From: Tubiluchus corallicola
Lineage: Eukaryota > Animalia > Priapulida
Direction: 5' to 3'
NCBI GenBank assembly: GCA_030141605.1
Contig: JAQGDQ010002411.1
Span: 6,021 to 70,020, forward strand
Length of the DNA stretch: 64,000 bases
The notes under the pieces are model-generated. The model saw only the letters and a program-made list of their open reading frames with translations. It made no database searches and was not told the DNA's origin. Shown piece after piece: positions 1-9,076 of the stretch. How positions within the stretch are numbered: position 1 is the stretch's first letter; every line of letters begins with the position of its first letter. The position numbers and the translations under genes were made by a program.

Positions 1-344
1 ATGGTTTGGGTGCTACGAAGTGGCAAACGATATGGTATCAGGTGTTACCAGCGGCTTCTAATAGTATTCTTACGGGTGTTATTTTGGCTCTTTCGCGGGC
101 TATTGGAGAAACTGCTCCGCTTATTGTGATAGGGGCGGTGGGTTATGTGCCTTTTGTGGCAGCCCATCCACTGGAAGAGTTTACGGTGTTGCCTATGCAA
201 ATATTCAACTGGGTATCTCGTCCGCAACACGGGTTTATGGTCAATGCTGCAGCAGCAATTTTGGCATTGTTGTTTTTTGTTTTTGCTATGAATGGTTTAG
301 CAGTTTATTTGAGGAATAAGGCTCAAAAGAGAATGAAGTGGTAA
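1..344 (+). CDS. pstA: Phosphate ABC transporter permease PstA (5'-truncated by window edge)
   Basis: YGLGATKWQTI...ALSRAIGETAPL motif typical of PstA. Directly upstream of pstB and phoU. The frame is open to the window start. Confidence 0.93.
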   Translation, partial: GLGATKWQTIWYQVLPAASNSILTGVILALSRAIGETAPLIVIGAVGYVPFVAAHPLEEFTVLPMQIFNWVSRPQHGFMVNAAAAILALLFFVFAMNGLAVYLRNKAQKRMKW

Positions 345-396
345 AAAGTATATGGTTGCCAAAGTTAAAAGAAGACGAATATAATTAAATACAGTT

Positions 397-1179
397 ATGT
401 CAGATTCAATAAAAGAAGGGGTTAAAAAAAATAGTATTGAAACAAGGGATGTGAGTGTGTATTATGGTGATAATCAGGTTTTGCGCGATGTGAACGTTGA
501 AATAGAGCCTAATAGTGTGGTGGCTTTGATTGGTCCTTCAGGATGTGGTAAATCTACGTTTTTACGTTCGTTCAATAGGATGAATGATTATATTGAAGGT
601 TTTAGGAAAGAGGGTGATATTGTTGTGGAGGGTGAGGATGTTTATGGGCGGGGTGTATCAGTGGAGGATTTGAGGAAGAAAATAGGTATGGTGTTTCAAA
701 AGCCTAATCCGTTTCCTAAGTCTATTTACGAAAATGTGGTGTATGGTTTGCGAATTCAGGGTATAACGAAAAGAAGTGTGTTGGATGAGGCGGTTGAGAA
801 ATCGCTGAGGAAGGCCGCTTTGTGGGATGAGGTGAAGGATGATTTGAAGAAGTCGGCATTGGATCTTTCGGGTGGGCAGCAACAAAGATTGTGCATTGCT
901 CGTACTTTGGCAGTGGAGCCTTCTATTATTTTGATGGATGAGCCTGCATCTGCACTGGATCCTATTTCTACTTCTAAGATTGAAGATTTGATTTATCAGT
1001 TGAAAGAAAAATATACAATAGTTATAGTTACTCACAATATGCAACAAGCGGGTAGGGTAAGTGATAAGACGGGGTTTTTCTATCTTGGTGAGTTGCTGGA
1101 GTATGGTAGTACGAAGCAGGTTTTTACTAATCCTAAGCACGAGAAAACGGAGAGCTATATTACGGGTAGGTTTGGATAG
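397..1179 (+). CDS. pstB: Phosphate ABC transporter ATP-binding protein PstB
   Basis: Walker [41 protein letters not shown]-terminal YITGRFG. Confidence 0.97.
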   Translation: MSDSIKEGVKKNSIETRDVSVYYGDNQVLRDVNVEIEPNSVVALIGPSGCGKSTFLRSFNRMNDYIEGFRKEGDIVVEGEDVYGRGVSVEDLRKKIGMVFQKPNPFPKSIYENVVYGLRIQGITKRSVLDEAVEKSLRKAALWDEVKDDLKKSALDLSGGQQQRLCIARTLAVEPSIILMDEPASALDPISTSKIEDLIYQLKEKYTIVIVTHNMQQAGRVSDKTGFFYLGELLEYGSTKQVFTNPKHEKTESYITGRFG

Positions 1180-1230
1180 TAGAGGCACTAAATTAAAAAG
1201 TAGTAACCTAATTTAAAGTTTTATATAGTT

Positions 1231-1929
1231 ATGACGCAAACACACTTAGAGGTAGAGTTGGAACAGTTAGAAGAGGCTGTAATGGAAATGATGGAACTTG
1301 TGAAAAAGCAATTGGAAAAAACTCAAGAAGCCCTTTTAAATTTAGATGTAGATGTAGCTGAAGAGGTTATACATAATGAAAAGAGGGTAAATGCTATGGA
1401 GCTTAGTATTGATAGGGATTGTGAAAATATTTTTGCTCTTTTTAATCCTGTAGCGAAAGATATGCGGTTTGTAATAGCTGCGTTGAAAATCAACTCTGAT
1501 TTAGAGCGTATTGCTGATTTGTCAGAGGGGATAGCAAAATACGTTCTTGATATGGAGACGTCTATTGACAAGGAGCTGTTGAGAAATATGAGGTTAAGCG
1601 AGATGTTTGATGTTTCAGTAGCTATGATGAACAATCTTTTGGAGGCTTTTGACGAAGGGGATACTTCTGTGGCAAGAAAGCTGTTTAAGAAGGATAAAGT
1701 GATAAATGAAATACATAAGAGTTCTATACAGATAATTAAGAATTTTGCAAAGAAAGATGTTGAAAATAACATTGATGTAGTGTTGTACCTTGCTTCTACT
1801 ATAAAAAAGATAGAAAGGATAGGAGACCACGCAAAGAATATAACTGAAGATTTAATTTTTTACATAGATGCAGAGGTGCTAAAGCACAAAAAGAAGAATA
1901 AAAATAAGAACAAGAATAAGAAGGAGTAG
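1231..1929 (+). CDS. phoU: Phosphate signalling complex protein PhoU
   Basis: DLERIAD and IERIGDHAKNI motifs. Follows pstB. Has a low-complexity K/N tail. Confidence 0.95.
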   Translation: MTQTHLEVELEQLEEAVMEMMELVKKQLEKTQEALLNLDVDVAEEVIHNEKRVNAMELSIDRDCENIFALFNPVAKDMRFVIAALKINSDLERIADLSEGIAKYVLDMETSIDKELLRNMRLSEMFDVSVAMMNNLLEAFDEGDTSVARKLFKKDKVINEIHKSSIQIIKNFAKKDVENNIDVVLYLASTIKKIERIGDHAKNITEDLIFYIDAEVLKHKKKNKNKNKNKKE

Positions 1930-1974
1930 TAATTAATATTTATTTCAATATAATTATTAAAGTCTATAAGTTTT

Positions 1975-2880
1975 TTATAATTGCAGTGTTTCTAATCTAC
2001 TATTAATTATGCTATAATACACGTCTTTGTGTTCTTGTGGTAGAAGGCTTTTTTCTATGAGTAAAAACCATTCATTAAGAGCTGTGTTGAAATGTTGTAA
2101 TATTTTTGATATTACTGTTGAGTTGAGCGATAGTTTATTATTTGCAAAGTAAAAGAGAAAATCTTCTTCTATAAAGCCTTTTGCTTTATCATTGAGCAAT
2201 AATCCAAGTTCCATTTCAGGTTGTTGATTATAAATATAGGCATTGTGGGCATTATAAAGTGGGCTTAGTTCAGTTTTATTGTTTCTTTTAATGAGAGCAA
2301 GGTTTTGTAGGTTTAATGTATTGTTTCCTATGAGAAAACTTAGTAATAATAATTTAAAGAGTTTTATTTTTTCTATTTGTGGGAAGGTGGTGTGTTGTTC
2401 TATAATATGTATCAGTTCTTCGTAAGATGCAGTTTCATTTGTGTTTATAGGTTTTTGTAATAGTTGGGCGAAATTTTCAAAATGTAGTTTGTTGTTTCTT
2501 CCTTTACTGTCGGGAGAGAGTATAAAGTGTATAAGTTGTTGATTCTGGTTATAAATTAGTCCGTGAAGAGGTGTTTCTATGCCTACTGTTTTGGCTATTT
2601 TTAGGCTAAGGTCTTGATTTTCGGGCAAGTTTTTCTTTGTGGGATGTTGTAGTTTTAGTAAATATTTTCCTTTCTTATCGTCCCAAACAAATGTGTTCTT
2701 ACTTATTTTTAGGCTGCCTTTTACTACGATTTGTTCTTTGTCGGAAGGATGGTTTGTTATTATTTCCTTGTCATTAAAAGGTTGGATGTCTTTTAGTCTG
2801 TGTGAGAGCTTTGCCAAGCCTCTTCTTGAATAGTTTTGGTTGTCTTCTGTAGTTTCGTATGTAATAGGGCAACTTTTCAT
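1975..2880 (-). CDS. HipA/HipT-family kinase-like protein, catalytically degenerate
   Basis: N-terminal CPITYE...YSRRGLAKLS, YLLKLQHP...LPENQDLSLKIA, LHFENFAQLL, LIGN...LSPLY layout of HipA-C proteins. The catalytic GNxDxHxKN and PxYD motifs are altered to GNNTLNLQN and PLYN. Confidence 0.8.
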   Translation of the reverse strand: MKSCPITYETTEDNQNYSRRGLAKLSHRLKDIQPFNDKEIITNHPSDKEQIVVKGSLKISKNTFVWDDKKGKYLLKLQHPTKKNLPENQDLSLKIAKTVGIETPLHGLIYNQNQQLIHFILSPDSKGRNNKLHFENFAQLLQKPINTNETASYEELIHIIEQHTTFPQIEKIKLFKLLLLSFLIGNNTLNLQNLALIKRNNKTELSPLYNAHNAYIYNQQPEMELGLLLNDKAKGFIEEDFLFYFANNKLSLNSTVISKILQHFNTALNEWFLLIEKSLLPQEHKDVYYSIINSRLETLQL

Positions 2881-2992
2881 AGTTTAGTATTTTCTATTTT
2901 TATTTTTCAAATAATTAATAATTTCAGCTGTGATGAATTAAAATATCTAATTAGTTTTTTATTAATGTTAAATTTATCATATAATTATTAGA

Positions 2993-3202
2993 TTATATGT
3001 TTTTGAATGGTAGTAGGTTAGCAAGAAACGTGTAAGATTTTTCAAATTCGCATTTTCCTTTTTGGCAAGGTGTTGTAAGTAAGATAGGTTTTGTGTTTTT
3101 ATTGTTATATTTAAATACATATGGCTGATTAGACTGATTAGGGATAATTCCCAAAAATGTTTCTATCATTTTTTTGCCTATGTAAATTTTAGTTTTTTGC
3201 AT
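2993..3202 (-). pseudogene. HipA N-terminal domain (HipS/Couple_hipA-like) gene, truncated
   Basis: YVFKY...PILLTTP...FLANLLP resembles the YxFxY...SLTMP...FFxxLLPEG signature but stops at 69 aa. Lies between the XRE gene and the HipA-like gene. Confidence 0.6.
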
Positions 3203-3437
3203 TTATGCTTTGTTTAAACTCTTCTATAAGTGGGCTGGTAAATAGGACTGTGATATTTAGAGTTTTTAATATTTGATTCAGTGTTTCTATACGAACGTTT
3301 TTTATGCCATTTTCTATATCGTATATTACGGTTTTGCCCAAGCCTGCTATTTCTGCAAGTTCTATTCTGGATAGTTTAGCTTTTTTTCTATGGAAGTGGA
3401 TTAACTTTCCCAAACTTTTTTTATTTTCTATTATCAT
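3189..3437 (-). CDS. XRE-family HTH regulator (HipB-like)
   Basis: LIHFHRKKAKLSRIELAEIAGLGKTVIYDIENG helix-turn-helix. First gene of the hip-like triad. Confidence 0.85.
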   Translation of the reverse strand: MIIENKKSLGKLIHFHRKKAKLSRIELAEIAGLGKTVIYDIENGIKNVRIETLNQILKTLNITVLFTSPLIEEFKQSINAKN

Positions 3438-3453
3438 AATTTTATATTTTGAG

Positions 3454-3461
3454 CAAAAATA
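3454..3461 (-). promoter_or_regulatory. Bacteroidota -7 promoter element (TATTTTTG) for the hipB-like operon
   Basis: Matches TAnnTTTG, 16 nt upstream of the ATG. Confidence 0.55.
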
Positions 3462-3500
3462 TAAAAAGATATATAAAAAAACATTTTTTTGCAGTAATTT

Positions 3501-4706
3501 TTAATACTCATCGTATAAAAAATCATTGTATGGAAAACGTGTGATGTGTATTTTCTTTACATTATCATAGATTAGACTTCTAAAATTTTCGAAATTATTT
3601 TTTTCTTTTGCAGATATGAAGATGCAGGGTGCATTAGTTTGTGCCAACCAGATTTTTTTAAGTTCATTAATGGTTTGGTTTTCTTTGGTCTTTGGGCTAA
3701 GGTCATCTTCGTCTTTTGGAATATAAGTGTAGGCGTCTACTTTATTGAACACTAAATAAGTTTTTTGATTATTAGCATTTATTTCGTGCAGTGTTTTTTT
3801 TACTGTGTTTATTTGTTCTTCAAATTGTGGGTTAGAGATGTCTACCACGTGCAATAGTATATCAGCTTCTCTTACTTCGTCAAGGGTGGATTTAAAGGAT
3901 TCTACTAGATTATGTGGTAGTTTTCTTATAAAGCCTACGGTGTCTGTAAGTAGAAAAGGTAAATTTCGTACTACTACTTTTCTGACAGTGGTATCCAATG
4001 TTGCAAAAAGCTTGTTTTCTGTTAGTATATCTGCCTTACTAAGTACGTTCATTATTGTAGATTTGCCCACATTCGTATAGCCTACCAATGCTACTCTCAC
4101 CAGTTTACCCCTGTTTTTTCGTTGTGTGGCTTTTTGTCTGTCAATTTTTTCTAATTTCTTTTTAAGGAGAGCTATCCTATCACGTATAATTCGCCTGTCA
4201 GTTTCTATCTCCGTTTCTCCAGGACCTCTAAGCCCTATCCCCCCTTTTTGCCTTTCTAGGTGAGTCCACATTCTGGTGAGGCGAGGTAATAGGTATTGAT
4301 ATTGTGCAAGTTCTACTTGTGTTTTAGAATGTGATGTTTGAGCTCTTTGGGCAAAAATGTCAAGGATAAGGTTTGTTCTATCTAACACTCTTATTTCCAA
4401 TGTTTTTTCTATATTACGAAGTTGTGAAGGCGATAGTTCATCATCGAAAATTACGATATCTATTTTTTTAGATTTTATGAATTTGCTTATTTCTATAAGT
4501 TTTCCTTTACCTACGAATGTGGTAGGAGAGGGGAGGTCTAATTTTTGAGTAAATTTTTTTATGATTTTAAGCCCAGATGTATCTGCTAGTAATTCTAATT
4601 CGTCTAAATAGTCGCTTACTTCTTTTTCTGTTTGTGTGCGGGTTATTACTCCTACAAGAACTGCTGTTAGCTGCTTTTTTTTAGTTGAAAAATACTTATC
4701 TCCCAT
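3501..4706 (-). CDS. hflX: GTPase HflX
   Basis: LRGPGETEIETDRR, GYTNVGKST, LFATLDTT, DTVGFI, NKVD motifs. Confidence 0.97.
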   Translation of the reverse strand: MGDKYFSTKKKQLTAVLVGVITRTQTEKEVSDYLDELELLADTSGLKIIKKFTQKLDLPSPTTFVGKGKLIEISKFIKSKKIDIVIFDDELSPSQLRNIEKTLEIRVLDRTNLILDIFAQRAQTSHSKTQVELAQYQYLLPRLTRMWTHLERQKGGIGLRGPGETEIETDRRIIRDRIALLKKKLEKIDRQKATQRKNRGKLVRVALVGYTNVGKSTIMNVLSKADILTENKLFATLDTTVRKVVVRNLPFLLTDTVGFIRKLPHNLVESFKSTLDEVREADILLHVVDISNPQFEEQINTVKKTLHEINANNQKTYLVFNKVDAYTYIPKDEDDLSPKTKENQTINELKKIWLAQTNAPCIFISAKEKNNFENFRSLIYDNVKKIHITRFPYNDFLYDEY

Positions 4707-4726
4707 ATTGTAAATAGTATGTAATT

Positions 4727-4764
4727 AAAAAAGGACTTCTTGGTTGAGAATAAGAAGTCCTTTT
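4727..4764 (-). terminator. Intrinsic terminator after tonB
   Basis: 13-bp inverted repeat AAAAGGACTTCTT/AAGAAGTCCTTTT with a U-tract on the minus strand. Confidence 0.8.
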
Positions 4765-4798
4765 GACATATAATTGAAATTCATTATATTCTATATGA

Positions 4799-5467
4799 TT
4801 ATTCTAACTGAAAGTTTATAGGAACAGTGTAATATACTCTTACAGGTTTCCCACGTTGTTTTCCGGGTGTAAAATCAGGTAGTGATTTTACTACTCTTAC
4901 CGCTTCTTTGTCTAAATATTCGTCTACTCCTCTAATTACTTTTATGCCTCCTACTTTTCCATCTTTCTCTACTACAAATTGTATGTATACTTTACCGCTT
5001 ATTCCATTTTCCATTGCTATAGTGGGATAAACAATATTTTTGGCTATATATTTTTGTAGGGCAATGTTGCCTCCCGGAAATTCTGGCATTTGCTGTACTA
5101 CAACAAATATTTCTTCTTCTTCCTCTTCTTCTGCCATTTCTACTATTTCCATATCCACATCAGCTTCGGTATCCATAAGGTCGAGTTCGTCTTCTATATC
5201 TTCATCGCTATCTACAATATTGATAACTTCTATTACTTTTGGAGGTGGTGGTGGTGGTGGTGGTGGCTTAAGTTCTTCCCGTGTAATTTCAATAATATCT
5301 TCTTCTGGCACATCTTCTACAATTTCTCCGAAACCTTCTATTTCTTTTATTTTGGTAGCCCATTCAAAGGCTATATATGTAATTGATAGAGCAATAGTAA
5401 GACCAATAAGAATAAACAATCTTTTTCTACTCTCTAAATCTGCTTGTGGAGTTTTCTTAAGTTCCAT
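4799..5467 (-). CDS. tonB: Energy transducer TonB
   Basis: N-terminal TM helix, poly-Pro tract, MPEFPGG...YPTIAMENGISGKVYIQFVV...PGKQRGKPVRV TonB C-domain. Confidence 0.93.
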   Translation of the reverse strand: MELKKTPQADLESRKRLFILIGLTIALSITYIAFEWATKIKEIEGFGEIVEDVPEEDIIEITREELKPPPPPPPPPKVIEVINIVDSDEDIEDELDLMDTEADVDMEIVEMAEEEEEEEIFVVVQQMPEFPGGNIALQKYIAKNIVYPTIAMENGISGKVYIQFVVEKDGKVGGIKVIRGVDEYLDKEAVRVVKSLPDFTPGKQRGKPVRVYYTVPINFQLE

Positions 5468-5839
5468 AAATAATAGAGTTTCTCTATATTTTTAATAAAT
5501 ACAAAATTGAGTGGTAAAAGTAGTATTTGTATCTTAAAACTGCAAATATTTTTTTAGTCTTTTTTATCTAAGTACAAAATATGGGCTTTTTTTCATTAAA
5601 AAAAGAAGGTGAAAAACAATGGATAATAGTTTATAACATAATTGTATAATAAGTTAAATTTTATATGTTTTAGTTTTTTCATTCAATGAAGTTTTATTTT
5701 TATTTTGGATGGTTATATACAGTTTTATATTAAAAAATAAATAAAAGTATATATGACTATTTTTTGAATGAGTTTTGCAAAATTTATCATTAGTAATTGA
5801 AATAGTTTTGGGATAGATATAGCATATAATTAGCTTTTT

Positions 5840-6784
5840 TCAACTTTTTGCTCCTTGAAAAGTACTAAGTTCTTTTAGTCTTTTTTCTATTTTGGCTACT
5901 ATTTCAAAATTTTTAAGGTTCCAACGCGGGGCAATAAGTAGATTGTGAGGGGATTCGGCTACGAAACGTTCTATAATAATATTGGGATTAAGTAGTTCCA
6001 AAAATTTCACTACTAATTCTATGTAAACTTCTGGTGTTTCAAAAAGTTTGAAACTTTGGGGGTGTTTTTTGTATTGCTGAGCCATTAATGAGTGTTTAAC
6101 TATTTGTAGGTGATGTATTTTAAGTGTGTTAAGAGGAAGTTGGGAAAGTTTTATGGCGTGGTTAAGCATTTGATTTCTACTTTCGTTTGGTAAGCCAAGA
6201 ATAATATGCCCTCCACAATTTATGTTGAATGCAGCGGTTTTATTAATGGCTTTTACGGTTTCTTCATAAGTATGTCCACGTTGGATGAGTTGTAGCGTGT
6301 CGTTACTGCACGACTCTATACCATATTCAATAGCTACGTAGTGTTTGGTAGATAGGTTTTTTATCATTTGAAGAATTTCTGTATTAACACAGTCAGGTCG
6401 CGTGCCAATGATAAGTCCTACTATCATAGGATGTTCTAATATTTCTGTATAAAGTTGGGATAATTCCTTTACGGGAGCATAAGTATTGGTGTAGGCTTGA
6501 AGGTAGGCAAGATATTTTTGAGTTTTATATTTTGAGGCGAAAAATTGAATGCCTTTTTCTATCTGCTGAAAAATAGGAACATTCGGACGTGTGTAGTCTG
6601 GTTTGAAAGTACGATTGTTGCAGTAAGTGCATCCACCTGTACCTTTAAAGTTGTCTCGGGTAGGACAGGTAAAACCAGCGTTGATGGACAATTTTTGTAC
6701 TCGGCAACCAAATATTTTTTTGATATAAGACGAATAGTCGTTGTAAGCTTTTGTAGGTTGCCAGTGGTATATTTTATTATTCAT
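5840..6784 (-). CDS. TIGR01212/YhcC-family radical SAM protein
   Basis: AGFTCPTRD...GGCTYCNN, YLQAYTNTY, IGTRPDC motifs. Confidence 0.92.
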   Translation of the reverse strand: MNNKIYHWQPTKAYNDYSSYIKKIFGCRVQKLSINAGFTCPTRDNFKGTGGCTYCNNRTFKPDYTRPNVPIFQQIEKGIQFFASKYKTQKYLAYLQAYTNTYAPVKELSQLYTEILEHPMIVGLIIGTRPDCVNTEILQMIKNLSTKHYVAIEYGIESCSNDTLQLIQRGHTYEETVKAINKTAAFNINCGGHIILGLPNESRNQMLNHAIKLSQLPLNTLKIHHLQIVKHSLMAQQYKKHPQSFKLFETPEVYIELVVKFLELLNPNIIIERFVAESPHNLLIAPRWNLKNFEIVAKIEKRLKELSTFQGAKS

Positions 6785-6827
6785 AAAGAAATAATGTAGG
6801 CGTGTATAACTAAATAACTTTTAATTA

Positions 6828-7613
6828 TTAGATTTTAGCTCTTACCTTTATTTCTTCTGGCAAAAAGTTCAATATAGTATCACCTCGCAATCCTAAACGT
6901 AATGTTTCTAGAGCTAAAGTATCGTTAGGTAATATGTTGCCCAAGTTCACTTCCGCCCCAAATAGTTTTACCATATCTACTTGTTGAGACCTCAAAGGTG
7001 CTTCCCACATCACCTTCTCAATATCTATACTCTCGCTTATTTTCTGTATCAAAGCAATATCTACGGTATTATCTTTATTGTAGATGCCAACGGTCCCACT
7101 TTCGCGAGCTTCTGCTATTACCATCCAACTACCTGCCTCTATTTCCGCTTTCATACTACTTATCCACTGGTTGGGTGTTAGTGTCTTATTTTCCAATTTG
7201 GTACCTACTTCTGAAAGTACCATCATATCTTTGGAAAAATCATTTATTATCTGACACTTTTCATTCAAAGGTATTTCAATAGCTCCATTTGAAATTTCCA
7301 CTGTATCCAACCCTAAGCTATTTACATACTCTTTATATTCACTTATTTTATCTCTAATTGCAAAAGCTTCGAACAATGTACCTCCTAAAAAGACACGTAT
7401 TCCTTTTTGTTGATAGTACTTAATTTTTTCTTTTAAATTAGAAGTAATAAGAGCTGTTCCAAATCCCAGCTTTACAAAGTCTACATATTTACCGGCAGAA
7501 TGAATCATATCCTCTGCTTGTCTTATACTCAAGCCCTTGTCAATTACCATAGTAATTCCTCTCTCTCTTGGTTTGGTCTGCCTTTTAGGTAGATGCGGAA
7601 GATTATAACTCAT
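6828..7613 (-). CDS. comA: Phosphosulfolactate synthase (ComA family)
   Basis: KPRERGITMVIDKG, DFVKLGFGT, VIAEARESG, ALETLRLGLRGDT. Confidence 0.9.
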   Translation of the reverse strand: MSYNLPHLPKRQTKPRERGITMVIDKGLSIRQAEDMIHSAGKYVDFVKLGFGTALITSNLKEKIKYYQQKGIRVFLGGTLFEAFAIRDKISEYKEYVNSLGLDTVEISNGAIEIPLNEKCQIINDFSKDMMVLSEVGTKLENKTLTPNQWISSMKAEIEAGSWMVIAEARESGTVGIYNKDNTVDIALIQKISESIDIEKVMWEAPLRSQQVDMVKLFGAEVNLGNILPNDTLALETLRLGLRGDTILNFLPEEIKVRAKI

Positions 7614-7618
7614 TTATT

Positions 7619-9061
7619 TTACTTTTCAAAGTTTAAAAAATGAGCTATTTTTTGGTTAAGTTTATGAGGGGGAAAAAGAGCAATGATATCTTCTAACGAA
7701 GTGTTTCGCTCTTTTAACTCAAAGCCTTTATTGAAAAATAACAGCCCATTATCGCTATCATTCAATGACAAATAACATACAGATAAACGATAATACACTC
7801 CAGCCTTATGTCCCACATTAGACAAAGTTTGTACTAACACTTGAATAGCTTCGTAATATTGTTTCTCTTTTATATGATGGTCTGCATAGGCTATCCAAAC
7901 ATTATAACTCTCTTTCTCTCTTTCTATTATTTTTTGAAAAGCATTTACAGCTTCTATATTGTTGTTCAGACTACTATTTGCTATAGCGTAGGCCAGATTG
8001 TATTTAACCTTAATATTTGGAGTTTGTTTTATAGCTTTGCCTAAATACACTAGTGTTTCAGCATATTCCTGTTTTTGAAAATGATAGTATCCCAATTTGC
8101 ATAAAACAGTTGTGTCTTTTTTGTTGATGTTTAAGGCATAATGATAATATTTTTTTGCATTGGTATCATCATTGAGTTTTTCATAGCATTGAGCCATCTG
8201 ACAGTAAATAATAGGAGGCACACATTTTTTCTTTTCCTCTTCTTTCTCTATAATCTCTAAGTAGACTTCTATTGCTTCTGTATATTTGGAATGAGTCACC
8301 AACATATCAGCCTTCACGTAATAGGCTTGTAGGCTATTCGGCTTAATAGCAATAGCATAGTCAAGTGCTTCGTAGGCTTTTTCGAGGTTATATTCCTCTT
8401 TGTAGATAATACCTATCTTTAACCATACATTAGCAGAATATGGATTAATATTCAAATACTCGTTGTAGTAATACAAAGCAAAATCATTATTTGCTGTCTT
8501 TGTATAGCAATGAGATAGTAAATACAAAGCGTTCAAATCCTTATAATTTATATCTAATACCTTTTCCAAATAAGAGATAGCTATTTGGTACTGAAAAGCA
8601 TTAACAAATGCATTCGCTATATGAAATAAAAGGTTGATTTGTTCTGTGCAGTCTCCGTCTGGGTTATGTGCCAATGCTAAGTCAAAATTCTTTTGAGCTT
8701 TAGATATTTCCTTTTTAATTGCATAAGCGGTGCCTTTCAGCATCAAAGCATCCACTTTGGAGCTTTCTATACCTTCCAATCCTTTTAATAAATCCAAAGC
8801 TTTGTTCTCTTGCCTACTGTTGATAAGTTGGTTTACTTTTCTTATTTGAAGAGGCAATGCAGTAGGATGTTGCTTTAATGATAGGTTTACTAAGGTCTCC
8901 ATTTCTTTGTTCTTTCGCTTATAGGTGTAGTAATCTATCAAGTACTCAAATTCTGGTACATCAAAATAAGCTTCACCACCTGCTTGGAACATATTTTTGC
9001 ATTTCTCTATAAGACCATCTTTATTATCTCCTTCAAGAGATGTGTTCAAATAACTAAACAT
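7619..9061 (-). CDS. Tetratricopeptide repeat protein
   Basis: Many 34-aa TPR-like helices. N-terminal YFDVPEFEYLIDYY is typical of a conserved Bacteroidota TPR family. Confidence 0.85.
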   Translation of the reverse strand: MFSYLNTSLEGDNKDGLIEKCKNMFQAGGEAYFDVPEFEYLIDYYTYKRKNKEMETLVNLSLKQHPTALPLQIRKVNQLINSRQENKALDLLKGLEGIESSKVDALMLKGTAYAIKKEISKAQKNFDLALAHNPDGDCTEQINLLFHIANAFVNAFQYQIAISYLEKVLDINYKDLNALYLLSHCYTKTANNDFALYYYNEYLNINPYSANVWLKIGIIYKEEYNLEKAYEALDYAIAIKPNSLQAYYVKADMLVTHSKYTEAIEVYLEIIEKEEEKKKCVPPIIYCQMAQCYEKLNDDTNAKKYYHYALNINKKDTTVLCKLGYYHFQKQEYAETLVYLGKAIKQTPNIKVKYNLAYAIANSSLNNNIEAVNAFQKIIEREKESYNVWIAYADHHIKEKQYYEAIQVLVQTLSNVGHKAGVYYRLSVCYLSLNDSDNGLLFFNKGFELKERNTSLEDIIALFPPHKLNQKIAHFLNFEK

Positions 9062-9076
9062 TACTATGATTTTAGT

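Noticed and set aside
5241-5267. (GGT)n microsatellite in tonB as a phase-variation tract
   Set aside because: It encodes the normal poly-proline linker of TonB, and slippage would stay in frame.
5631-5659. dif-like sequence TTATAACATAA-T-TGTATA-ATAAGTTAAAT
   Set aside because: Spacing is off by one base and the XerD arm has two mismatches. Such a match is easily produced by chance in very AT-rich DNA.
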